Assembly (NCBI GenBank): GCA_965644315.1
Contig: CBFFRQ010000031.1
Coordinates: 434,001-498,000, forward strand
Direction of reading: 5' to 3'
Source: Caecitellus pseudoparvulus
Taxonomy: Eukaryota; Protista; Bigyra: Bicosoecida
Length of the DNA stretch: 64,000 nt
A program made the translations under genes and the position numbers. Below, piece after piece: positions 1-12,935 of this stretch (the first letter of the stretch is position 1; the number at the start of each line of letters is the position of its first letter). The notes under the pieces are model-generated. The model did not search any database, had not been told where the DNA came from, and worked only from the letters and a program-made list of their open reading frames with translations.

Positions 1-3000
1 ATTGATGCGACCCCAGCCATACCATCTGCTGTTGCGGCTGAGGCAGCTGCAACGACTGAGGCAGCCATTGGGTCTTGCCCAAGGTGCAGGATGCCCCAGT
101 ACACGCTCGAGCGAGCATCGGCTTGCCAGCAAACTTGCACCTGCTGCCCTGGGGCCAGTGCCACGTAGTCCGCCTCGGTCGCCACGAAGCCATCGAAGGC
201 ATCACTCTCACCAGAGAAGGGAGTGGCAAAGACCCTCCCGGCCGCTGACGCCAGGCGGACACCTGCGCTTGTGGCAGCGTTGGCGGCTGCACCTGGCCTT
301 ACGGCATCGTCGAGGTCCACAGCTGTAGACCCTGCAGTGGATGTGATGAATGCCCCGGTATTGGTGCTGTTCTCGTCATTGGCGTAGGCTGGGTTCGGCC
401 AAATTGGACGAACCTTCACGGTGCGCTCCGTAACCTGGGAAACTGCTGGGGCTGAGCTTGCCACACGCAGAGGCAAATAGGAGGTGTGACGAGCCCCCGT
501 CACGTCTGCGACGACAACCGTGGTCCACACCAGAGAGTCATGGACAAGGGACAAGTCATTGATCTCAATTGCGAGAGAGAGAGTGGTTGCCCGGGACGTG
601 GTGCCCAGAACACCCTCCCCTGACTCGACAAGCGCCACAACGGAGCGCTGGGTCGCGCTTGCAATATCGTACCCACCTGGGCTGGAACCCACAGACCAAC
701 CAACTGCAAAGACGGGAACTTCAGACATCCACGTTCCAGTCAGAGTAAGCTTTGATGCGTCGGACTGCGTAACCACGCCACCGACGTGCGTGCACAAGTC
801 GATCTGCGGAGCAGAGGACGGCCCGCTGTCTGCAGAAGGAAGTTGAGGATGCCACGGAGTGGGGATGATGGCCGCAGCTGTGTGGGGCTGTGGAGGAGCA
901 CGAATGAAGGTAAACCCAGAGGAGGACGTCTGCAAATCTTGGCCAGCCTCCGTGGTTGCTCGGATCAGGGCCCGCAGGCGAGTAGGAGTGGAGCAAGCTT
1001 CAACGTCTGCTTCTTGCGGACAGAGGTCCACAGAAGTCACCACCCCCAAGCTGCTCAACATGGTGTTGGAGGCATCCTTCTCAACGCATGGCAAGGCAGC
1101 GACGGTCAGGTCGGCAGGGAGGGCCACTGCGGTGCGGCGCCCTGGAACGAAGGGCTTCCAAGCCATCACGTCACACATGCCGTCTCTCGAGGACAAGCAC
1201 CACTGGACGTCTCGCAAGTGCATGTGCCACGGCAGAGCGGTGCTAGCATCAACGCCGATGCTTGTTGTGGCATACACAGCCTCGGCGTCCTCATGGAACC
1301 CTGCCCGGGACTCCACGTCCGCAGCTTGCAGGAAGTTCAAGTCTGGCTTGAACACGAGAGAGTTGGACGGACCGGGTGTGCGGCGGACCAGGTCTGCGGG
1401 CGGCAAGACATCCACTGCCACCGACACCGGCACTTGACGTGGCTCGATAAAGAGGCCGGCCGACCACGCCTCGGCCACTGCACCTGCAGCGTTGATGGCC
1501 CGCACGCCAACAGCATACCGCTGCCCTGCAACCATGCCTGTAGCGGAGACTCCTTCAATGACGAGCACTCCGTCGTTGTCCAGGATTGCAGAGCTGGGGA
1601 GGTCTACCCACGGTTGCAGCGCGCTCCCGCGGGATGCGTCCAGCGCCACAGTGTACTGGTAGCCGACGATGTAGCTGTCTGGCTCGACAGCCAACGGGAC
1701 ATAGGCAGCAACACGCTGACCTTCAATTGCCGCCGTGTCGCTCCTGAAGCCAGCAGCCGCAACTACCTGCAGTTCCGAGCGAGCACTTGCGACAGTTGAT
1801 GCAGCCAGGGCCACGAACCGAGGCAGTTGCAGCTGGGGAGGGGTGGTATCCACGGTCAACGTGCCAACACGGCTCCAAGCTGACAGGCCATTGCAGGCCG
1901 TCGTGCGCAGCCAAACAGACCCAAGAGATCCTTGCGTCATCGTTACCGAAACAGTCACAGTATCAGCAGGCGCGTACGCGTTGCCTTCAGCGCTGGTGGG
2001 GACGGCAGCGAGCTGGGCCACAGGATCGCTGAAGGCCTGATCGAAAGCTGCTGCAGCGTCGGTGTCCGACTCAGCGTAAAGCCAGGCAGCGCTGGCATCC
2101 TGCTTGAAGTGGGTTGCGTAGAACACGAACAGCTCCACTTTGCAGACGCCTGCTGGGTGAGCATGCGGGGATGGCTCTTGGCTGTCCATCCAGGTTACCG
2201 AGAACGTTGCGTTCACATCCGGTGAAACCAAGTCATGCCCTTCCACGCCACCGCTCCAGGCACGTAGGGACACCGTATGGGATTGCAAAGATCGTTGGCT
2301 GCGCCTTGACAGCACGCGCCTCCTGTTCGCAACCACGCCGACCTCGCGCTCCGTGTTCAGGGCTGTGACAAGCGCGGCCACGTCAGACACAAGGCGACCC
2401 CTGGCAGGCCTGGGGGCTTGTCCGTCAACGATAACAGTCGCAGCATTGCTGGTCGCTGACAGCCCGACAGAGTTTGTGCAGCGCAGCAAGACGTGTACGG
2501 CTCCCTCAGTGCCCACGAATGCGGCTGGTCGTGCTAGCTGCAGAGTATGGTGTTGCGAGCTTGAAGAGCCAAGAGTCAAAGGAGCCCAGGCACCAGCACC
2601 GCACTCTGTCGCAGACTTCGCGTAGACACACGTCTCATAGGTCTGCACTGGCACTTCAGCGTCCACACAAGGCGAGAAAGCGATCTGCACTGGAGATCCG
2701 AATTGTACCGCTGTGCCGACCACTCGAGTGGCAAGCCCTTCCCCAATGCCTGATCCAGAGACGTCTTCAGACCCTTGTGGCGTGAGAGCATTGTTGCACC
2801 CAACGCAGACGCCAGTTGCAGGGGATGGGGGTGTACTATCCAGCACCACCATGCTCGAAGTTAGCACCAATGCACCCCCAGCAGCATCTGTCGTGCGGAG
2901 TTGGGCCCGCACGAAGACTGGCACCGAGAAGTTGGCCCCTGTTCGGTGGATGACTGGCAGACTCACGTTCGCGTGCAGTGGAGGCTGCGGGGCTGTGGGA

Positions 3001-6000
3001 TCATGAGCAGAGTACAGCGAGCTCCAAGGGCTGGAGCAAGCAACTTCATCCCCCTCGCAAAGGCGCACCGCCATGGATGCCAACGGGGCGTGGGGGAAGT
3101 CAAGCTTTGAGGCATCCCACGCAACTGATACTGAATCTGCGACATTGGCCGGAAGGGCGGTCAGCCGACCCGAAGGGCCCTGAAGCCAGACAGCGCTCTT
3201 ATTGTTGGCAAGGCCTGGTGCAGGTGAAGTCAGGCGAGGTCCAGCACCGGCCACGACAATGGGGCGGGAAACCAGGCGAAGCTCAGCTCCGGCACCGTTG
3301 TGAACGCTGACCACCACATGCACCAGGGCTCCATCTGGGACCCCTTGGCTGCGAAGGTCCCCGCCCAGGTACAGCTCTGCTCCACCACTTGCAGCCCCTG
3401 CGCCAGCCGTAAGCAGCTCATGCAGCGGCCGGACGTCTGATGCCACTATCGAGCTGGGTGCTCCCGGCAGAGTGACGACCAGCACCGCAGAGGCGGAGGA
3501 GAGACCAGACTCTGGATCTGCGACGCCAGGCAAGAAGATACCGACAGAATCAACAGATGGGGAAAACACGGGCTCCTCAACCTTTCCTGCAAGACTGGGG
3601 GGCAGGGCACCTCGCCACGCATGTGCAGCCGCACCGCTCACGGTCAGAAGCTCCAGACCCGCAGAAGTGGGTGCAGTGGCATCCAAGCGCACGCCATCAG
3701 ACAGGCCAACCGCACATGTGCCTGCGGCATTGCAAGCCTCCACAGCCGTCACCAACTTCACTCCAGGCTCTGCCGCAGCTGCTGTGCGCATGGAAGTCCA
3801 CTGGCCACTGGTGACCGGAGCAGACACCCGGCGCAGGCCGTTGGGCACTGTCTCCCAGTCCCGGATGTTGCAGGCGACGTCCTCCGCCAAGGTGGCTGCC
3901 GACTGCCTCAGAGCTGAGCCGGGATCACCGCTGGCACGGACAGTTGCAGCGCCAGCGTTCACAGGGAGGGTGGTGAGGCACCACCTGAGCTCCACGTAAG
4001 CAGGGTCTGACCCCAGAGGCTGTGAGTCTGCATCATCAAAGCCCACCCAGGTTGCGGCAAAGGTCGAACCTGCAGGTAGAGTGGGTGGCAGAGCCACCCA
4101 CGATACACGGCCGGTGTCACTTTCCGTCGGGGCATGGGCACCCAAGGCAGCTTGGGCTGCGGCAAGTGCTCTGGCCTGGGAGGCTGAGGGCGCCCCTAGC
4201 ACGTGCCCGTTGGCATCACCCATTGTGGCCTGGGAAATGGAGTGCGTATCGGAGACCATGCCCACAGTTGGGTGCGAGCCGTCGATCAGAACAGGTGCTG
4301 ACACCGCAGCCGCAGCTGCCCCAGTTGCAGCCCAACCTGTCACATGAGCAACGTATTGCCCTGGGGCGATGGATGTTGGGATCACGAAGTCAATCAATGC
4401 GGCACCAGGGACAAAGGCACCAGCATCAGCAGACACTTTCCTGCCTACGATTGGACAGTCAGCTGCTAGGCTAGCATCAGCGATGTCTGGTCGGTAGTTG
4501 TACACACCGCGACCCGCCAGTGTGACGGGTCTTGCGCGCAGGTCATTCAGGCGACACAAAGACCACGTGAAGCCTGCAATGCTTTTCAGCAAAGAACTCT
4601 CCCCTCCAGCGGATTCCGAACTCACCCGGAAACCATACCAAGCGACAGAAAGGCGGGCTTCAGAGGTGGCGGTGGCTGGTTTGGCGGCAATCATGCGACG
4701 AAGCCCAGCTTCGGAACCCAGGGGCCCCGCAGCTGTCAGCGCTGCTGCCGTCGCATGGGTAACCACCTTCACTTGTCCAGGCAACACAGAGACATCACCA
4801 GAGGGGGGCGCAATCGTAACGACATCTTTCGCGACTGCTGCAGCTCGCCATCCAGCTGCATCTTCACCAACCACGACGGCAAAGAGTGGGTGGCCCACAA
4901 TCCCAGCAGCAACGTCCTTCACAAATACCCGGCCAGAGCTGACGGGGGCTGCCAACAGTTCCACGCTGGATCCATCGCAAGGGGGCAGGGGCGCTGCCGG
5001 GCCCGTCCACAGCTTGGACCTGGCGGCGGCACTCGCGAGCTCTGCCAGCGAAGCTGAGGCCGATGCCTCATTTCCAAGAGCTCCACGCAAGGCAGTGGCG
5101 GTGACGAGGCATACCCTCACGGTCGAAGGGGGGGCTGAGGCAGGGTCGAAAATGCCTTGCCAGCCGATGGTGACTGCACCTGCAGGATTCACCATTCGCA
5201 CCTTGACGCCTCCCAGCCGCTGAACGGGGGCGCCGGCGGCGTTGTCCTCTCTTGACTGGCTTGACCAGAGGTCCAGGCCACCAACAACACCAACAAAGCC
5301 AGGTGACGGGGAAATGTGAGTGCGCAGGATGTCAACCGGTGGGCTGACGACAACTACAGGCTGCATGCCCAAGCCCGACGTGGCACGGAGAGTCACGAAT
5401 ACCTGCTCCAGGCCCAAGTCCACAGCTGCCTGCACCGCTTGACCGGGAGAGCTCTCCACGACAGACCGGATGCTGCTGGGAACAGCTTGCCACGGCAGCA
5501 CGTCGTCAGCGTCAGGAGTGCTCCCCACAGCCCACTCATAGTACCAAATGCCAGACTCTTCATCCGAGAAGTCACCCCATGTCATGCCAAGAGCCTCACC
5601 AGTCCCATTGCTGACAGCGTGCACGACGGTTGCCTCAGGGTGGGGCAGCAGCACACCAGGGTCAGATGGGGTGGCGGATGTGTCTGCGTGAAGGGAAGAC
5701 ACTGCAAGGTCCCCCGCTCGCCCAGGGTGCACAATCGTGCGCGCCCACCCAGCCACCGCCTGTGACTCGTCCAGCACAAGGGCATGCGTGGACACCTTGC
5801 TGGAGAGCAGTCCAGAGGCATCCTGTGCAATGATGGTGGCGTACAGCACATCACCTTCCGAGAAGAAGCTGTCAAGGTTGGTAAGTTGGTCCATCCCGTC
5901 TCGAAGTGCCCCATGCAGGGCTGGCACTTGATCTTCCTTGTAGTAGCCTGGAGCCACCAACAACTTGGCCTTCGTCAAGTCTACACTCCGAGCCATGCTG

Positions 6001-9000
6001 GCGTGCCACGTCCACAGCTCGGCCATGGCAGCGCCGCCGGCTTGGACGGGGCCGATCAGGGGAGCATCTTCAGACGACAGGCTGGCCACATCAGTGAAAG
6101 GCATGATTGTGTCGGAAAAGGGGGCTGTTCCCCAGGCCATGAAGACAGTCTCGACACGAGAGTCAAGGTCTTGCACTGCCCACGTTACGGCAGGCGAATC
6201 TGAACTTGTGATGCCCCGAACAGGAGGAAGTTGCTCTGTGGCCAATCCGCTGCCAGGAAGCCTGACCTCTGCATCGGCAAGGAAGGGAGCCGCACTTGCT
6301 GCGGCTGCAGGCACGTCAGCAGAGGATGAGCTGGCATGAGGAATGACTGCGAACACAGTTGGTGCAGCGGAATCCACGGTGAAAAGCTGCGAAGGCACAT
6401 AGACGGCGGCGCCCAGTGAAGACGCCCGCACAACCAACACGTAAGCGGCAAACGAGCCAGGTTTCAAGTTGACTCCTTGTGCCAGGGCACCGCCGCTAAC
6501 TTCTGTGCCCAAAGGCACAAAGGGCACAACGTTGGGGCTTTTGAGCAAGTCATCTGGAAGAGGCGCAGTCAGTGATGGGACTGCAGCCACACCAAGCTCA
6601 TACTGGATGCCGGCTGCTCCACCGACGGGGTCTGAGAAGCCGCCCCAGGCACCCCACACGCCATCCCCTGAGCGCTGAATCGCGCACGGAGCTTGCAGCA
6701 AGGCAGCAGCTTCCATTGCCACTGATCCGATGACTTCATCGCCCTCCAGGCCAGCATCCCACGGACTGGAAACACTCGCGTAGCCGTCACACACGGCAAA
6801 CACAGCCCCTGGTGTGAGGCCGCCGAGCTTCACCAAAACACTGGGGCTTGTCCAAGCTAGGGCGATGCCTGCCCCGTTTGTTGCCTCCACTTCCATGTGC
6901 ACAAACGAACCATTGGCCAGCTCAAGGGTTGCCGGTGTTGTCAGAGTGACAGGGGAACCTGCAGTGCCGAGTGGTGCACCAGATGACAGGGTAAACCACA
7001 CACCGGCACCAGCAATGACGCCAGGTCCACCCGCCCGGAACCGCACAGAGCTGATCCGAGACTGAGGGTCTGCCAGGCTCGCGAGGGAAATACTGAGAGC
7101 TGCACCGGTCACTTGCTGATCCGACAAGTACCCTGCTTGTCCTGAGTAGTCTTCTGGCGCGAGGACGGCGACGGGCATCGCCTGTTGGAGGCTTGGCAGG
7201 GAGCTGTCAACGGTGACCACCCCAGCCACAGCTGTTTGGCCGAGACCAGCTTCATTCAGGCACCAAATCTCCACCGATAGGGAAGCATCCGGCATGTCAG
7301 CAGGAATGGCAAGGGAGGCATCAGGACTTGCTGCGCTGGTGGCTGCGGGCGCCGTCCAAGTAGCCACTGCGACAACTTCACCGAGCACGTTAAGTGCTGT
7401 CGCATTGCAGGTCAGCAAGTCTGACTGGCTGTCAGAGACGTCCCACTCCACAGAAACAGCATCTCCTGGCTGAACATACAGCTCTGGGGTGCTGGAGATG
7501 GTGATCACGGGGGGGGTTGTGTCCAGAACAAGGCCATCCGAAGCGTACCACGTGCTCACAAGTCCTGCAGAATTCACAACCGACACCAAGCCGAAGAAAG
7601 TGGATGCAGGTTCAAGAGCTGTTACTGATGCCAAGACTGGCTTAGCTTGTGGCAGAGCAGGTGAGGGAACGCCAGATGCAAAGGCAGCCTCCATGGTATC
7701 AAGGGACGGTGCGATGTTAACAAACACCGATCCGTCATCAGCTGCCAGGCCAGCCACTACCGCGTCGATGGCTTGGGATGGTGTGGGGTTGCTCGCTGTG
7801 GGGAGTCCAAGGACTGTGTACCGCACAGCCGAGACTCCAGAGTGCACGTCGCTGCACTGGGCATTCACAACTGCCATGGTGGTGATGGAGGTGGCGTCCA
7901 AGTCGACACCTGGGATTGCGCCATCACCCACGTGGGTGCACACGGGCGGCGTGGAGTCCAGGTGCAGTGGCACAGCAGGGCTTGTGTAGACCGGCACACC
8001 TGACCCAGACACAGCCACCAGCATGATGTACAAGCGTGTTCCATCCAGCGCTGTCGGGGAGGCGGGCCCTGCCGTCACTACACTCACATTGAGTGTTGTT
8101 GTGCCCGCCCCTTCAGTGGCTGCAGGCAGGGGCGTCCAGCCGTCCGTGGACGCGTCGGGGAACCAGTCAGAGCCCCCAGTGCCATCTTCTGCGACGGGTG
8201 GCAACGCGTTAGTCGACACGCCCAGCCAAGCCCCTGCGATGCCAGTGCCTTCGTCTCGCAGCGCCCACCTCACAGGGATGGCCAACTCCGTCAGGGTGCC
8301 CAGGGCATGCGGCGAGCTCACGGCGGTGAAGTTGTCAGGGTGAGCTGCATGCACCAGCATGGCGCTTCCCTCCAGTGCTGCGCCGAGCACAGTGACCGTG
8401 GGCGGGCTGAAGTCGAAGGAGACTTCAACGGGGTCAGTATACACGAGGCGACCAGCCCCATTCTGAGCGGCCAAGGTCACGTAGTAGTAGGCGCCGGGTG
8501 AAGGCAAGAAGCGAGCATCAGAGGGCAGGTGTTGGCCCTCGCCGGAAGGCCCCACGAATGCCCACGCGACGACGTCATCCCCACCAGGAGTTGTGCCAAC
8601 TGCATACCAGACTGCACGCATTCCCGACTCGTCATCAGAACAAACCCAAGCAACTGGCAGGGTGTCATTGTGCGAGGCAGCCCAAGATGCTGCTGAGACT
8701 GCAATGTCGCTGGGCGTGAGGGGGGCACTGGGGCTAGCTGGTCCACCGCTTGATGCGGCGTATGGTGGGATCTGCGCCTCCACGAGGCAGGAAGGTGGCG
8801 TTGTGTCCACTTCTATGCCATCTGTGAGAGCAGCAGACATGAGACCGGCCTTGTTCACGCCGTTCACAGTGGCCACGAAGGAGTCGCCATGCTCCAGTGT
8901 CAAGCCACGAATACTTGCCACGTGATATGGCATACCCGGTGCAGCGCCAGGGGCAGGGTCGACACCGACAGGCTCAGGAGCAAGACGGACAGGAGGAACG

Positions 9001-12000
9001 CCCACGCTCCGGTAGGGGGCGAGGTTTTGGCCTTCGCGCGTGTCCAGGCTGATGCCGTAGTCTGCCATCCCAGAGTGCGGGTCAGAAAAGCCCCACCACG
9101 CAATGTGGGCCACATCTGTAGTCCAAATGAAGGCCCGGTCTTCTGCGGGGGTGGGGCCATCCACGGCGGAGCCCACAACGGGCGGCGATGTGTCCAGTCC
9201 CACAGGAACAGAGAGCCCAGGAAGAGACTGTTGTCCTGCTTGGTCTTGCGCACGCACAACAGCGTACATGAGCGTGCCATCCGGCACCCCCTTGAATGCC
9301 GTTGGGCCGTCGGGGAGTGCAATTGTCTGAGCAAGGGGAAGGCCCGGGGACACACTCACCACGCCAGCCCCAAGTGAAGCAGCTTCGTCGGGCGATAGCA
9401 AGTTTCCCTCCGCCGACCTTGAGGCACCCTTCGGCAGGGTCAGTCCAGACGGCGTGATGACAGAGGTTGGGGAGATGTCACAGGTCGCATTTGGTGCAGA
9501 ACTCAAGCAGACTGCATACAGTTCCAGAGGACTCAGAGACCTGAAGACTGGCGCTGAGCCGGGGCGATTCACGGCACTCTGATGCTCAGCAGGCTGCACT
9601 GGCTTCATGTCTGTGAAGCCACTCCATGCGACTTCGAGCTTCGTGAGCTCTGGTAGCCACACGCCATGCTGGGCCACGCCAGCCAGCGTGACGAAACCGG
9701 TCGCGGGGCGAAGTGCATCCACTGCAAAGCCATCAGAAGTGGCTATGCCGGCGCCGCCTGCCTCATTGACTGCCTTGACACTCGTAAACCAGGGTCGGCC
9801 ACCGGCGACAGGATTCGGAAGCCGAATGTATAGATGCAAGGTAGCGCCAGAGCTTCCAGCGGCCACAACAGGGTCAGCCCCCACCCAAGCCAAGCCGGTC
9901 TTCCGTACCGGGGCTGGCTGGACGAAGTATCCCACAACGCCTGGGCCAGCCAAAGCTCCCAGGGCCACTTCAGCAGCCAGCTGTGTGTGGAAGACATTGG
10001 CAATGGCTACCTGCTCCCAGCCCCCCGTCAGAGCGTTGCCGCCTGGCGTGTCACTGACTCCCACGAACAGCTGCTGGACGTCTGTCTCAAGGTCTGATAC
10101 AGTAAAACGCACTTGGATGACATGGAAGTCATCTTCAGCGAGGCTCAGCAGGTCCACATCGTCGGCACCTGGCCCATCTGTGATGGAGGTGACCACGGGC
10201 GCAGTGGTGTCCACAGTGAACCCTGCCGAGCATTGTGGCGCCCGAGCGATGTTGCCAGCACCACTAATGGGCTTCACTGCCCAAACGTAGCGTTGTCCAT
10301 GACTCAACGGCGAGGAGCCAAGCAGCGAGCCTGTGATGGACATGGTCAGGGCTGTCACGGAGGTCACAGGCAAGTCCTCCCCAGGCAGCACATCAGCTGA
10401 AGGTAGGTCAACGCGCACCCAATTCCCCAGCAGCTCGTACCCCGCAGGCGGCTGGGGACCGTCACACACAGGTGAGTCGGCAGCCGATTCGTCCTCCCGC
10501 CTGTACAGACCCAGGAAGGCCTGAGACATGCCGGACTCGAGATCAGTGCTGGCAAAGGTCAGGGCTGCGAAGGTTGTATACTGGGTTGCCGTGATGTCTC
10601 CGCCATGCTCAGGGTACGTAACAGCCTGGGGAGCGGTGCTGATCACACTGGCGCCTGCAGGCATTTTCGCGGTCCCGGGCAGTGCTGCGGAAAGAGCGGC
10701 TGAATCAGGCACGGGGGGTGTGTCATCCAGCACAACGCCAGAGGTGGGTGCCGTCACGAAAAGGCCAGCGCCGTTCCAAGCGGTGACGTATGTCGTGTAC
10801 GTGTCCCCAGGCATGAGGGGGATGTCTCGCAGCATGGCTGAGTAGGCGCGGAAGCGAACGAGGCGAGGTGGCAAGACATCACACCAGTCAAACTTGGGCA
10901 TCATGCGAAGTAGAGCTGCGGTGCGGTTCAATTCACCTGCAGCATCTTCAAACCACCCCTTTTGGACCTCCGTGTACAGTGCTGGGACTCGGGCGGCGGC
11001 CGCCGCACTACCCACACACACGCTGACATGGTCAGCGATGAAGGACTGCGGGTCGCTGAAGGCAGCATACCAAGTCACGCCCCAGCTAGCTGTTTTCGGT
11101 GTGCCCGGGGAGCCCGCGCCCCCCGCAGGTGACGCCAAGCCAAACGCCTCCTCCAACGAGCCTGCCAGTCCAATATACTTCAAGTCCAGGTGTGTCGGGT
11201 TGGCGGCGTAAAGGCTGAAAGCCTCTGCAGGTGTGTCGGCCAGAGCCATGTTTGAGGCCGCGATTTCATAGTCTGAGGCGGTTGACACTGGCAAATCAAC
11301 GAGGCGGGGATGGTAATACTGAGGCTGCGTCTCATCATAGATCACTCCATCTGACGCTGCGCGGTTGATCCATCCAGCCAGATCAGTAACTTCAGCGGCC
11401 AGGAAGTACTTGGAGCCATGTTGCGGAGAGAGTGCTCCGGTTTGCACCCACACGGAAATGGGGTCGACACTTGGTGGCCAGGCTGTGGCAGGGCGCCAAG
11501 CATCGTTGCGCACCGGCAGTGGGTCTGGGACGACATCGGTGAAGCCAGCGACGTCATCTGTGCCTCGGATGCGCCCAGCTCCCGCCCTGTACAGCGCCAC
11601 GCCGGAGATGTCGTCCGCACACTTGAATGTACCCGCGAGGGAAGGCAAGTAGAATGCTGCATCAATATCCAGGGATGCCCCTGCACCCTCTTGCGTGGCC
11701 CCGATGGGCCCGTCGGCGAGGGTCGCTGTCAAACCTGCTGGGTGCTCGTCAAACGCGCCGCCACCGCAAGTAGGCGCATCCCTGTCAACTTGCACGTCAA
11801 AGTCAGTCGGGACGGTCTTTGCCAGGCCTGCACCGTTCGTGATGCGGAGATATCCTCGGTAGGCATGCTTGTTGATCAAGTGCAGGCCAGTGAGGCTAAC
11901 AGATGTAGTTGTCGAGTCAACTTTCGCCCAATCCGATTGCCACACGCCGGTGCTCACATCCTTGAATCGCCACTCATACCACGCAATTCCAGACTCGGGA

Positions 12001-12935
12001 TCTGTCCAGTCGCTCCAAGCCATTTCAAACGTGTTCGTGTACCTGTAGTAGCGAGTCTGGCCATCAGGCCCGGGCCCCACGAACGGCTCTGGGACTGCCG
12101 GAACAGCTGGCGTCAAGTCCAAGCGCACGGCAATGCTGCGCACAATGTTGCGCACGCCGCGGCTGTTTGCACTGGAAATGAGAACAAAGTAGTCTGTGTC
12201 GGGGAACAGCAGTTGGGCGGGTGCACCAGTGCTTATGTCAATGAATGTGTGGCTCACGGTGTCTGGGCTCTTGGCGGACAAGGCATCAGGCAGGTCCAGG
12301 CGATCCCAGTGGGTTGCAAGGTCTTCCAGCAGCGGAGCGGTTGCAGCAACACCTGTGAGGGTGAAGCCGTTGCCAGCATTGAAGCTTGCAGCGGCAGCAG
12401 GTGAAGAAGTCAAGGCCAGCGTCACGTTGCGAACCTCTGCACCCGGCGTAAACTCTTGCACCAGCAGTTGCACAGTCAAACTGCGCACGTCAGAGACCCA
12501 CACGTAGCTTGGGTCGCCGCCTTGCAAGCGTCGTCCAGCGATAGACAGGAGGCGGCGGCTGCTTAGGTGGGCTCCTGCCGGCATGGTAGTTGTGCCTGTT
12601 TGCAGCGCCATGGACGTGACGCTGGGTGCTTTCAGCGTCAAGGTGACAGGGTCGGACGGACGTGCGGCCCGCAAGTTGACGCCGTTCACTGCGTAGCAGG
12701 TGGCGACCGCAGCCTTGCCATCGGCACCAGCCGGCATGGGCAAGGAGAGCGACTTGCTCTCGCCCATGCTCACGCAGTCGGCAAGCGACTCAGAGCCAGG
12801 CGCTGTGCCGAGGCAAGCGAGGTAGTCTGCGACACCCGTTTCGGGGTCCTCTGCCGCATCCCATGTGATGAGAAGGTTGGCTTCATCAACTTGGCGCAAA
12901 TCACAACGCGTAGAAGGAATGGGGGGCGTCTTGTC
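1..12935 (-). repeat. Protein-level tandem array of degenerate FN3/Ig-like beta-sandwich modules in gene A
   Basis: Recurring consensus DxTPP...WxxxxDxESG[IV]xxY...GTxPG...NxAGL...SDGxxxDxTPP. Examples: DKTPP..WDAAEDPETGVADYLACLGTAPG (~12790-12935), WSDWTDPESGIAWYEW (~11970-12015), YVTAWNGAGLFVTAPTSGVVLDDTPP (~10715-10790), VNKAGLMSAALTDGIEVDTTPP (~8795-8860), VNSAGLVSTWYASDGLVLDTTPP (~7510-7580). No DNA-level repeat is visible. Confidence 0.8.
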